64,000 nt of DNA from an uncultured Lachnospiraceae bacterium (lineage in GTDB: Bacteria; Bacillota; Clostridia; Lachnospirales; Lachnospiraceae): contig CAJUJL010000006.1 of NCBI GenBank assembly GCA_910586725.1, positions 4,477-68,476 on the forward strand, given 5' to 3'. Below are positions 29,392 through 39,200 of this stretch, one piece after another. Position numbers and translations under genes: made by a program. How positions within the stretch are numbered: position 1 is the stretch's first letter; every line of letters begins with the position of its first letter. The notes under the pieces were generated by a model. It saw only the letters and a list, made by a program, of their open reading frames with translations. It was not told the DNA's origin and made no database searches.

Positions 29392-29548
29392 CAGAAAAAG
29401 CATATTTTCTTTCAACCATATCTCTCTGTTTATTCTAAAACAACGCCGAAAGGCTATTTCACAATTCAGAAAATCCATGCTTTTATTCCAACCCAAATCA
29501 TAAAAAGCGGGAGAATCTGAATCATGTTCTCCCACAAAAGGAGGACAA

Positions 29549-29911
29549 ATGAAAAACAGAAAATTTGCCAAAACCATGCCATTCCCACAAGCCGTCGGCC
29601 AGGCGATGGATTTCTGCATACAAAACGGCATTTTGTCAGATTTCCTGCTGAAAAACAAATCGGAGGCGATCGAAATGAGTATTTTTGAATACGATGAAGA
29701 AAAGCATCTGAAAAACGAACGCGAAATCAGCTATAACGACGGAAAAAAAGCAGGCCTGAAAGAAGGCATACACATATTTATTTCAGACCATCACGCCGAC
29801 GGCCTTTCCCAAGAAAAAATCCTGCAAAAATTGCAGAACTGCTACTCCCTGACCGAAAAACAAGCCCTTGAATATTACCGGGAAGCCATTCTTTCGCACC
29901 GGCAAACATAA
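29549..29911 (+). CDS. Small protein resembling the C-terminal part of Rpn/PD-(D/E)XK putative transposase-family proteins
   Basis: Strong RBS AAAGGAGG. AVGQAMDFCIQNGILSDFLLKNKSEAIEMSIFEYDEEKHL...DGKKAGLKEG followed by an HTH-like tail. No nuclease domain upstream. Confidence 0.65.
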   Translation: MKNRKFAKTMPFPQAVGQAMDFCIQNGILSDFLLKNKSEAIEMSIFEYDEEKHLKNEREISYNDGKKAGLKEGIHIFISDHHADGLSQEKILQKLQNCYSLTEKQALEYYREAILSHRQT

Positions 29912-29966
29912 CTTCACCCCCCCCCAAAAAAACAAGCCCAAAAAAACTTTCGCATACTTTTTTCTT

Positions 29967-29998
29967 CAGTTGCCATTCCGCTTGTTTTATGCTAACAT
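29967..29998 (+). promoter_or_regulatory. sigma-A promoter of rqcH
   Basis: TTGCCA-17-TAACAT with TG extension, ~30 nt upstream of ATG 30031. Confidence 0.65.
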
Positions 29999-30030
29999 TT
30001 TTTCAGAATACACAAAAACCGGAGGTAATT

Positions 30031-31767
30031 ATGGCTTTTGACGGAACTGTCATAGCAAATCTTGTCTATGAATTAAACCAGAATATATTAAACAGCAGAA
30101 TCAGCAAAATTGCCCAGCCCGAAAAGGACGAGCTTCTATTTACTTTAAAAGGGCAAAACGGACAGCAGCGCCTTGCCATGTCCGCAAGCGCTTCCCTGCC
30201 TTTTCTTTACCTGACAAAGCAAAACAAGCCCAGTCCAATGACCGCCCCGAATTTCTGCATGCTGCTGCGCAAGCACATCGCGAACGGCAAAATTGTAAAA
30301 ATCCATCAGCCGGGCTTAGAGCGTATCATCCATTTCGAAATTGAGCATTTCGACGACCTCGGCGATTTATGCCGCAAAACGCTGACCATAGAACTGATGG
30401 GCAAGCACAGCAACATCATTTTCTGCACGGAAGACGGCGCTATCATCGACAGCATCAAACATATTTCCGCGCAGGTCAGTTCCATCCGGGAAGTTCTTCC
30501 GGGAAGAACTTATTTTATTCCGGAAACGACGCACAAAGAAAATCCGCTTCAAACATCGGAATCCTTTTTTCTGGATGCGGTCTTACGACGCCCGGAGTCC
30601 ATCTGTAAAGCGATCTATAATTCCTATACCGGAATCAGCCCCGTCATTGCCAGCGAAATCTGCTTCCGCTCCGGCATTGACGCGGATTTGTCCACAAGCG
30701 CGCTTAGCGCCGATGAAAAGCTGCATCTATACCACAATTTCGACTGGTTTCTGACTGACCTGAAAGAAGCGGCCTTTACGCCGAACATTCTCTACCGGAA
30801 AAAAGAACCCATTGAGTTTTCTTCATTCCTCCTTACAGAATACAGCGACTGCGAACAGGCGACGTTTGCCTCTATTTCCGAAGCGCTGGAAACCTATTAT
30901 GCGGCCCGCAATATCTACACCAGAATCCGGCAGAAGTCGTCCGACTTAAGGCGCATTGTCCATACGGCCCTTGAGCGAAACCGCAAGAAATACGCTTTGC
31001 AGCAAAAGCAATTAAAAGACACGGATAAACGGGAAAAATACCGCATTTACGGCGAGCTGCTCAATACGTACGGCTACCAGGCGCAAGAGGGCGCGAAAAA
31101 AATTGAAGCCCTGAATTATTATACAAACGAAATGATTACGATACCTTTAGACGAACAGCTCTCTCCGCTGGAAAACGCCCAAAAGTATTTTGAACGGTAC
31201 AATAAATTAAAACGCACGCACGAAGCTCTGACGACGCTGATCGAAGAGACCAAAAATGAAATCGAACATTTAGAAAGCATAGCGACGGCGCTTGACATTG
31301 CGCTTCTGGAAGATGACCTGGTACAGATCAGGGAAGAATTAATGGAATTTGGCTATATCCGCAAGAAACGCGGCGATAAAAAAGCCAAAATCAAAAGCCG
31401 TCCGCTGCACTTTGTTTCTTCCGACGGCTTCCATATGTATGTAGGCAAAAACAACTACCAAAACGATGAACTGACGTTTAAATTCGCCACCGGAAACGAC
31501 TGGTGGTTCCACGCAAAAGGCATGCCGGGCTCGCATGTCATTGTAAAAACCGAAAGCGGCGAGCTTCCGGACCGTACGTTTGAAGAAGCCGGAAAGCTCG
31601 CCGGGTTCTATTCAAAAGGAAGAGAAAATGAAAAAGTGGAAATTGACTATCTGCAAAAGAAAAATGTCAAAAAGCCGAACAAAAGCGCACCCGGATTCGT
31701 CGTCTATTATACGAATTATTCCCTGACGATTCATCCGGATATTTCAGAAATTGAGCAGCTTTCTTAG
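30031..31767 (+). CDS. rqcH: Rqc2/NFACT family protein (RqcH, FbpA)
   Basis: MAFDG start after GGAGGT; FCMLLRKH, ELMGKHSNII, VGKNNYQNDELT and WFHAKGMPGSHV motifs. Confidence 0.93.
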   Translation: MAFDGTVIANLVYELNQNILNSRISKIAQPEKDELLFTLKGQNGQQRLAMSASASLPFLYLTKQNKPSPMTAPNFCMLLRKHIANGKIVKIHQPGLERIIHFEIEHFDDLGDLCRKTLTIELMGKHSNIIFCTEDGAIIDSIKHISAQVSSIREVLPGRTYFIPETTHKENPLQTSESFFLDAVLRRPESICKAIYNSYTGISPVIASEICFRSGIDADLSTSALSADEKLHLYHNFDWFLTDLKEAAFTPNILYRKKEPIEFSSFLLTEYSDCEQATFASISEALETYYAARNIYTRIRQKSSDLRRIVHTALERNRKKYALQQKQLKDTDKREKYRIYGELLNTYGYQAQEGAKKIEALNYYTNEMITIPLDEQLSPLENAQKYFERYNKLKRTHEALTTLIEETKNEIEHLESIATALDIALLEDDLVQIREELMEFGYIRKKRGDKKAKIKSRPLHFVSSDGFHMYVGKNNYQNDELTFKFATGNDWWFHAKGMPGSHVIVKTESGELPDRTFEEAGKLAGFYSKGRENEKVEIDYLQKKNVKKPNKSAPGFVVYYTNYSLTIHPDISEIEQLS

Positions 31768-31781
31768 AGGAGAATTTTCAT

Positions 31782-31826
31782 AAAAAATGCATCCCGAATC
31801 TTCCATTGTATTCGAGATGCATTTTT
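31782..31826. terminator. Bidirectional terminator between rqcH and recG
   Basis: AAAAATGCATC.CGAAT...ATTCG.GATGCATTTTT inverted repeat. Confidence 0.8.
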
Positions 31827-31914
31827 CCGACGCTTCTGTTCCTTTTCATCTGCGTTTCTGACTCTGTCTGCGCGCCGCTTCATTCCGCGTGCATCCGGTA
31901 CGCCATCCATACGC

Positions 31915-33963
31915 TTATAAATTCATTTCATTCGCCTGAGAATTTTTCAACATCAACAAAAGCATTTCATTTTCTTCCTCTTTCAATTCCGGATCTTTCG
32001 CAAGAAGACGCTTTACATCATCCGCGGCTTTTTTCAACACATCCGCGTCCTGGTAAATATCCGCGAGCAAAAACTCCAGATCCCCGCTTTGCCGAATGCC
32101 AAAAAAATCTCCCGGGCCGCGCAGCTTCAAATCTTCCCCCGCAATAAAAAATCCGTCATTCGACTCATTTAAAATAGAAAGTCTCCGCTTAGATTCCCTG
32201 CTCTGTACATGGTCTACCATGATACAATAAGACTGGGCCGCGCCGCGCCCTACCCTGCCCCGAAGCTGATGAAGCTGCGCTAAACCAAAGCGTTCCGCAT
32301 TTTCAATCATCATAACCGTAGCGTTTGGCACATCCACGCCTACTTCCACAACTGTAGTAGACACCAAAAGCTGTATTTCGTTTTTGGCAAACGATTCCAT
32401 AACACGATTTTTTTCGGCCGGCTTCATCCTGCCGTTTAAACAGCCGATCGAACATTCCCCCTGGTAATACTCTTTTAGCTTCTTTGTGTAATCCGTTACA
32501 TTTTCCGCGTCTAACTCTTCGCTTTCTTCCACCAGAGGACAGATTACGTAAGCCTGATGGCCCTTTTGAATCTCTTTCCGGATAAATTCATAAGCCGTCG
32601 CCTGATAAGAAGTTCCAACAACACAGTTTTTATTTGGCAGACGCTTTGAAGGAACTTCATCAATCACGGAAATATCCATATCGCCATAAATAATAATCGC
32701 AAGCGTCCTTGGAATCGGCGTTGCGCTCATCACCAGAATATGCGGATGAAGTCCTTTTCCTGCGAACATCTCCCGCTGGCGCACGCCAAAACGGTGCTGC
32801 TCATCCGTAACGACCAGACCAAGATTGGAATACAACGCCTTTTCCTGAATCAAAGCCTGCGTTCCGATAATCATAGCGTCCGGATACATCTGCATATCCT
32901 CATACGCCCTTCTTTTTTCCCTGGCGGTCAACGAACCCGTCAACAATATTACCTTCCGATCCAGGGAATATTCTGCGCACATATTAGTAAACGTCTCATA
33001 ATGCTGCCTTGCCAGAACTTCCGTCGGAGCCATCAGCGCCGACTGATGCCCGTTTTCTCCCATCAGCGCCATGCATAAGAAAGCAACAATCGTTTTGCCG
33101 GAACCTACGTCTCCCTGCACCAGTCTTTGCATGGCAGTCCCTTTTTTCATATCGTCTGTAATTTCATCCAGACATTTTTTCTGCGCTTTTGTCAGCTCAT
33201 ACGGAAGATGAGAAAGAAGATACGGAACCACAGTCTCATTTTGAATGGGATAATCGTTTGGAATCTTTACTTTCTGCTCTTTTTGAAGCTGAACTTGCAG
33301 GATAAAAAGAAAAAACTCGTCAAATACCAAACGTCTCCTTGCAACAATTAAATTTTCCATAGTTTCCGGAAAATGAATCTGGCGAAGCGCGTAATTATAT
33401 TCGCAAAGCCCTTCTTCCTTTCGAATGGATTCGGGCAGATATTCGTATGACAAAGAAAGCGTTTCAAACGCCGTTTGGATTGCCTTTCCAATCATCTGAC
33501 TGCTTAACCCTTCCGTCTTTGCATACACCGGCTGTAATGTTTTCATTTTTGCCTGATATTGCGCGTCCGTATAGATCTCCGGCTGTTCCATATGGAAAAA
33601 TCGTCCTTTGGCTTTTGTCCTTCCATAAAATATGTAAGTTTCTCCCGGCTTCAACTTGCTTTTGATGTAAGGAGCGCGAAACCAAACGAGATCCATTGAT
33701 TTCTCCCGGTCGCCAATTTTCGCCTGTACAATTTCCATTCGGTTCGTCCGTTTCAAAACAGGCGCGGAAAGAACTCTGCCAGCCACGGCAAAAATACCTT
33801 CGGCTGCAACCTCAGACGGCGTTACCGGCGCCGGAAACCGAATATAATCCTTCGGATAATGAAGGAGTATATCCCTCACGGTATATACTCCTATCCGATT
33901 CATCCGTTTTTCTGTTTGGCTGCCGATTCCTTTTAAAGCTGTAATCGGTGAATCTAACTTCAT
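31915..33963 (-). CDS. recG: ATP-dependent DNA helicase RecG
   Basis: QGDVGSGKT, DEQHRFG, MSATPIPRTL, QLHQLRGRVGRG and DLKLRGPG motifs. Confidence 0.97.
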   Translation of the reverse strand: MKLDSPITALKGIGSQTEKRMNRIGVYTVRDILLHYPKDYIRFPAPVTPSEVAAEGIFAVAGRVLSAPVLKRTNRMEIVQAKIGDREKSMDLVWFRAPYIKSKLKPGETYIFYGRTKAKGRFFHMEQPEIYTDAQYQAKMKTLQPVYAKTEGLSSQMIGKAIQTAFETLSLSYEYLPESIRKEEGLCEYNYALRQIHFPETMENLIVARRRLVFDEFFLFILQVQLQKEQKVKIPNDYPIQNETVVPYLLSHLPYELTKAQKKCLDEITDDMKKGTAMQRLVQGDVGSGKTIVAFLCMALMGENGHQSALMAPTEVLARQHYETFTNMCAEYSLDRKVILLTGSLTAREKRRAYEDMQMYPDAMIIGTQALIQEKALYSNLGLVVTDEQHRFGVRQREMFAGKGLHPHILVMSATPIPRTLAIIIYGDMDISVIDEVPSKRLPNKNCVVGTSYQATAYEFIRKEIQKGHQAYVICPLVEESEELDAENVTDYTKKLKEYYQGECSIGCLNGRMKPAEKNRVMESFAKNEIQLLVSTTVVEVGVDVPNATVMMIENAERFGLAQLHQLRGRVGRGAAQSYCIMVDHVQSRESKRRLSILNESNDGFFIAGEDLKLRGPGDFFGIRQSGDLEFLLADIYQDADVLKKAADDVKRLLAKDPELKEEENEMLLLMLKNSQANEMNL

Positions 33964-33976
33964 ACGCTACCTCTTC

Positions 33977-35668
33977 TTATTCTACGGATATAATATAATA
34001 ATAAATTGGCTGTCCGCCTTCGTTTACTTCCACTTCCACTTCCGGATATTTTGCCGTAATCAAATCGGCAAACGTCGCCGCTTCTTTCTGCGTCGCCTCT
34101 TCTCCGAAATAAATGCTGACAAGGGCCGATTCCTCATCCATCATCTCTTCGATCATTTCCATCATAACGGCTTTTTTATCTGTGCCGACTGCAAGGATTG
34201 ACTTGTCGCCCACGCCCATATAATCTCCCTGATGGATTTGCTTGTCGTCAATTTCTGTGTCACGGACGGCGTACGTAAGCTGCCCCGTCTTTACAAGAGA
34301 AATTTCCGTATTCATATGGTCTGCATTCTCTTTCGGCGACTGATCCGGAATATAATTCACCAAAGCGGTAATTCCCTGGGGAATCGTCTTGGTCGGAATC
34401 ACAATCACATCCTTATCCTCACAAAGCGAAGCCGCCTGATTTGCCGCCAAAATAATGTTTTTGTTGTTTGGAAGAATAAATACTGTTTTGGCATTTACTT
34501 TAGAAACCGCAAGCAGAACATCTTCCGTACTCGGATTCATCGTCTGGCCGCCTTCAATAATGCAGTCCGCTCCAAGCCCCCGAAAGATCTCATTTAAGCC
34601 TTCTCCAATAGAAACGGCCACAAATCCCATTTCTTTAGGCTCTTCATCCGGCACGCTCTCCTCTTCCTTCCGGCTTGCGCCGCCCTGCATCTCTTTTTCT
34701 TTCATGGCGGAAATCTTCTCATCGCGCTCCAATTTCATATTTTCAATAATAATCGTCGTAAGGCTGCCGTACGTCAGCCCTTTTTGCATTGCAAGACCGG
34801 GATCGTTGGTATGTACATGTACCTTTACGATCTCATCATCTGCAACCACTACGATAGAATCTCCGATTTCTTCCAGATAAGATTTAAATTCCCGCTCCTT
34901 TTTTTCGTGAAACGGTTTATCAAGCATAATCAAAAACTGTGTGCAATATGCAAAATGAATCTCCTGATTTGCCTGCGCATCTATATACGAAGACGGCTGT
35001 ACATTATCTTTTGCCGTATGTTCCGAAGACGCTGCGGTAAATGTAATTTTCCTGCCCTGCAAAGCATACAGACCGCCGCGCAGAACTTCCACAAGTCCCT
35101 GCCCTCCGGAATCCACTACACCGGCCTGTTTTAATACCGGCAGCATATCCGGCGTCTTTTTAAGCGCCCGCTCCGCTTCTTTTAATACGGCTTCGGCAAA
35201 CGCCAGCAGATCCGTCGTCGTCTCGGCCAATTCCATTCCCTTTTGCGCAGCTCCTCTTGCTACGGTAAGAATCGTACCTTCTTTGGGCTTCATAACTGCC
35301 TTGTAAGCCGTCTCCGATGCTTTTTCCATGGCACGCGCCATTACGGGAACCGTGATCACGTCATACTGTGCGATAACCTTGGAAAATCCGCGAAACAGCT
35401 GCGATAAAATAACGCCGGAATTTCCTCTCGCACCGCGCAGAGAGCCGGATGAAATTGCTTTTGCCAAAGATTTCAGATCCGGATTTGACAACGCTTCCAC
35501 TTCCTTTGCCGCCGACAAAATTGTCATTGACATGTTGGTGCCCGTATCGCCGTCAGGAACCGGAAAAACGTTTAATTCATTGATCCATTCTTTTTTGGCC
35601 TCTAAATTGGCTGCTCCCGCCAAAAACATTTTGGTAAACGCAGCGGCATTAATCGAATTGATTTCCAC
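33977..35668 (-). CDS. fakA: DAK2-domain fatty acid kinase subunit (YloV/FakA)
   Basis: LNVFPVPDGDTGTNM, GARGNSGVILSQ and GGQTMNPS motifs; GTG 35668 lies 7 nt after AAGGAGGA. Confidence 0.9.
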   Translation of the reverse strand: MEINSINAAAFTKMFLAGAANLEAKKEWINELNVFPVPDGDTGTNMSMTILSAAKEVEALSNPDLKSLAKAISSGSLRGARGNSGVILSQLFRGFSKVIAQYDVITVPVMARAMEKASETAYKAVMKPKEGTILTVARGAAQKGMELAETTTDLLAFAEAVLKEAERALKKTPDMLPVLKQAGVVDSGGQGLVEVLRGGLYALQGRKITFTAASSEHTAKDNVQPSSYIDAQANQEIHFAYCTQFLIMLDKPFHEKKEREFKSYLEEIGDSIVVVADDEIVKVHVHTNDPGLAMQKGLTYGSLTTIIIENMKLERDEKISAMKEKEMQGGASRKEEESVPDEEPKEMGFVAVSIGEGLNEIFRGLGADCIIEGGQTMNPSTEDVLLAVSKVNAKTVFILPNNKNIILAANQAASLCEDKDVIVIPTKTIPQGITALVNYIPDQSPKENADHMNTEISLVKTGQLTYAVRDTEIDDKQIHQGDYMGVGDKSILAVGTDKKAVMMEMIEEMMDEESALVSIYFGEEATQKEAATFADLITAKYPEVEVEVNEGGQPIYYYIISVE

Positions 35669-35681
35669 TTTCAAATCCTCC

Positions 35682-36041
35682 TTAATCGATGACTCTTACA
35701 CCTTCAACGTAAATATTAATCTTCTCGATTTTCATACCGGTAAATTCTTCTACCTTATACTTCACCGTATCAATTAAATTGTCAGAAACCGTATGAATGC
35801 TGACACCGTATGAAACAATAACATGAAAATCAATCATGATCCTGTTTTCTTTTGTAACCGTAACATTTATACCATGTGTAAGATAATCCCTTTTCAACAG
35901 TCTTACCAGGCCGTCCTTCATATTTACTGCAGCCATCCCGACGATGCCAAAACACTCGACCGCCACGGAGCCAGCATAAGTTGCAACTACTTCATTGTCA
36001 ATTATAATTTTCCCCAGCCGGGTTTCCATTTGTCCTTTCAT
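35682..36041 (-). CDS. Asp23/Gls24 family protein (YloU)
   Basis: ECFGIVGMA...IVSYGV...VKYKVE...NIYVEGVRV; canonical position upstream of the DAK2 gene. Confidence 0.92.
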   Translation of the reverse strand: MKGQMETRLGKIIIDNEVVATYAGSVAVECFGIVGMAAVNMKDGLVRLLKRDYLTHGINVTVTKENRIMIDFHVIVSYGVSIHTVSDNLIDTVKYKVEEFTGMKIEKINIYVEGVRVID

Positions 36042-36152
36042 ACTTTGACCTCCAGACTTTTAATCAGCCAAATATTTACACTGACATAATTCATTATACC
36101 CATTTTTCCTAAAAAATCAATTTGTAATTCGTATTTTTGAAAAAGCTGCAAC

Positions 36153-36190
36153 GCAAAAGCCCCTGATCCATGCTTTCAGGGGCTTTTTGC
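36153..36190 (-). terminator. Terminator after the GH20 gene
   Basis: AAAAGCCCCTGA...TCAGGGGCTTTT stem with flanking A/T tracts. Confidence 0.8.
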
Positions 36191-36208
36191 TCATCCGGCC
36201 GCTTCCTT

Positions 36209-39200
36209 TTAAAGGCCTTTCTTAATGCCGGCTCTCTTAATCTGATTTTTGATGCGTTTATTCTTTTTGAGATTTTTCGGCAATTGAATACGAATTTTCT
36301 TCGACGTGCTTTTAAACGCTCCTTTTCCGACTTTTGTCAGTTTTGATTTGTTTTTCACCTTCACGGTTGTCAATTTTTTACAGCCTTTGAAGGCGTTCTT
36401 TCCAATCACTTTTACTCCTGCTCCAACCGTAACGGTTTTCAGCTTCTTTTTGCAGTTTTTAAAAGCATTGTCCGCAATCTCAACAACTGTATATTTTACA
36501 TTGTTGTATGACACCGTATCAATTGTAACGGATCTCGCGTCTTTGCCTTTCACGATCTTTACCGTCTTCTCCGATGCGCTCACGATCTGATACCTGGAAC
36601 CTTTTACCGTAAACGTATCCGAATCCTGCAATCCGGTATTGTTGGTGTTATTACCGCTGTCATTGACAAGTTTCAGACTCCGCAGCACAGATAATGCCGC
36701 TTCCAACTGACTGACAGAGGAATTCGGATTTTGAATGACTGCTTTTGCTTCGTTGATTGCTTTTTGCAATGCTTCTACGGATTCTTTCGTATAACCTGCC
36801 GTATTCTGAAGCAATGCTTCCGCCGCTGCTATCGCGCTCTTTAATTCTTCGCTCTTTTGTTCTTTTTCTGTATTATTTACATCACCATCAATTTTTATGT
36901 CTTTGAGCGCCTGTAATACGGAAGATAATTCTTCTGCTTTTGCATTTGGATTCTCAAGGAGAACCTCTTTGGCGGCAGAAAGAGCGTTTTTCAACTGGTT
37001 CACCGTTTCTTCCGAATACAAATCCGAATTTTTCAAATATTCCTCGGCCTGTTTCATTGCCTGGCTCAACTCATTGGAAACAGTTCGGATGCTCTCTATC
37101 TCCTGGTCGTATCCCGCCGGTTTCTCTTTCAAGTTTAAAGCGGCGTCTTTTAATTTTTCATAAGCATACGTATAATCCTGCTCCGAACTGTCTGTATGCG
37201 CCACTACTTCCTTCGCTTCATTAAGCGCTTTCGAGAATGCGTTCCAGCTAATATCCGTATATGCGCTGGCTGCAGAATCCCCGTATTGATTGATCTCATT
37301 CTGCAAATCATTTGACGTAACCATCTCTCCTGTAATCTCCTTGGAGCCTGTTACTTTTACATATTCTATCTGACCCTCGAAACTGTCTGTATTGCTTCCA
37401 ATCCGTCCAATCGGAACCATCATTGTGGCAACCTTTCCGGTTCCTCTGGAAACCTCCGGATGATTGGCCTCATAACACGTAGGATTATTGTCCACACGCT
37501 GCCCGTTTACATACAATGCTACCTGATCCTGACCTCCATGGAATGAAAGCTCCACCCATTCATTTTTAGGCAGCGTATAATTAAATGTATAATCATATCC
37601 CTCTCTGGAAAAACCGACATATGATGTTCCATTTTTGGTTATAGACGCTTTGAAAGCGTATGTTCCATATGTCCCAAAGACATCTTTTGACTCGCAAAGA
37701 ATCTGGCTGCTTTCTTCGTTCGCGTCCGCATCCATCTTTACTTTCATTGTAATGACAGAATCAGAACCCATCTGATTGAGCGGCGTTTCCACATAGCTTT
37801 CGCCTCCGTTTAACTGAAGCGCTTTTCCGTCCACTCCATTTACCTGCTCTGCATTTACCACTTTCGTCAAATTATTTGCGTTTACGCTGGAATCGCTTTT
37901 CAACTCTTCGTCAAAAGTCCAGTCAGCCGCTGTGTTTGTCGCAAAATCAACCTCTGCATACATATTTGTGTCGGGAGCCGTGCCGACTTGATCGGCAAGC
38001 GCCTGAAACGTAGTAAAATCTGTTTCCTCTTTGTCTACGTCTCCCCATACTTTTGCACTTATTACAGGAAGCGAATCCATAAAACGATAAAACGAATCAT
38101 ACTGGGAAATACCGGCTGCCCTGGTATCTATATTATCATGCCACGCTGCAAAACAAGCTCCTAACATCTGGTCATTTCCTGCCGGGATATGGAAACCGGC
38201 AAATACGTTCGGCTGCCAGTTGTTATACAGATTCTGCCTGTCAAGAAAATCTCCGTACGAGCCACGATTTCCGGAGCCGCTTGGCACAATATACAACCCT
38301 CCGCAACTCGTCGAACCGTCCACCAGCGTATTGATCAGATCAAATCCCTGATTGAACATATTTTTTGAATTTGCATAAGCGGTAGACCAGATATTCAACT
38401 GTACATCTTTGGAAGTAACCGGCGTTGTGCCTCCTTTGTTGGAAAGACTTCCCCACATGCGGACTGTCCGGCCCTCTCCCTGCACAAATTTAATCATATC
38501 ATCGGAAAACTTCCGGAATGCTTCTTTTCCCTTCTGAATTTCTACCGGATCTTTGGAGTTTGTTCCGTGGTATTCATCGGTACCGATATGAATAATCGTG
38601 TCCTTATCAAATACCGGGTCGTCTCCCGTAAAATAATCGCTCCAAATATTTTTCGCAAACTCAGTCGTCGCGGGATTTTCCAAATCCAATTCATCAATCG
38701 TATAGGCATGGCTTCCGCCTGTTTCAGACTTTGTCCTGTATTCCGGAAACGCCCTTGTAAATGGAAGCGCATGCGCCGGCATATCCAGCTCCGGTATAAT
38801 TTCAACGCCAATGACACGGCTGTCTTTGATAAACTGGCGGAACTCGTCTTTTGTATAATACAAATCTTTTGACGTCGCCGTCTCACCTTTTAATTCCGGA
38901 TACGTTTCTCCGGTATTTTCCACGCCCGACTCTAAGCGGAATCCTGCATAAGCCTGGTCTTTGGCTGCCTGCAGTCCTTTTTGCAGTTTTTCCTCATCCG
39001 TACCGGTCTGCTGATTTTTATAATCCTCCATAAAAATCAGGTTATCACTCAAATGCACCTGAAAATTGTTCATTTTATACCAGGACATATTTTTCGCATA
39101 CTGGTACAAAGCGTCAAGGGTAAATCCTTTTCTTCCTACATCAAGGCTGAACGCGCGCACTTCGTACTTTGGATAATCCCGTATGAACCCCTTTGGAATG

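Noticed and set aside
31765..31911. Short minus-strand ORF after recG
   Set aside because: No RBS, and it runs through the terminator hairpin.
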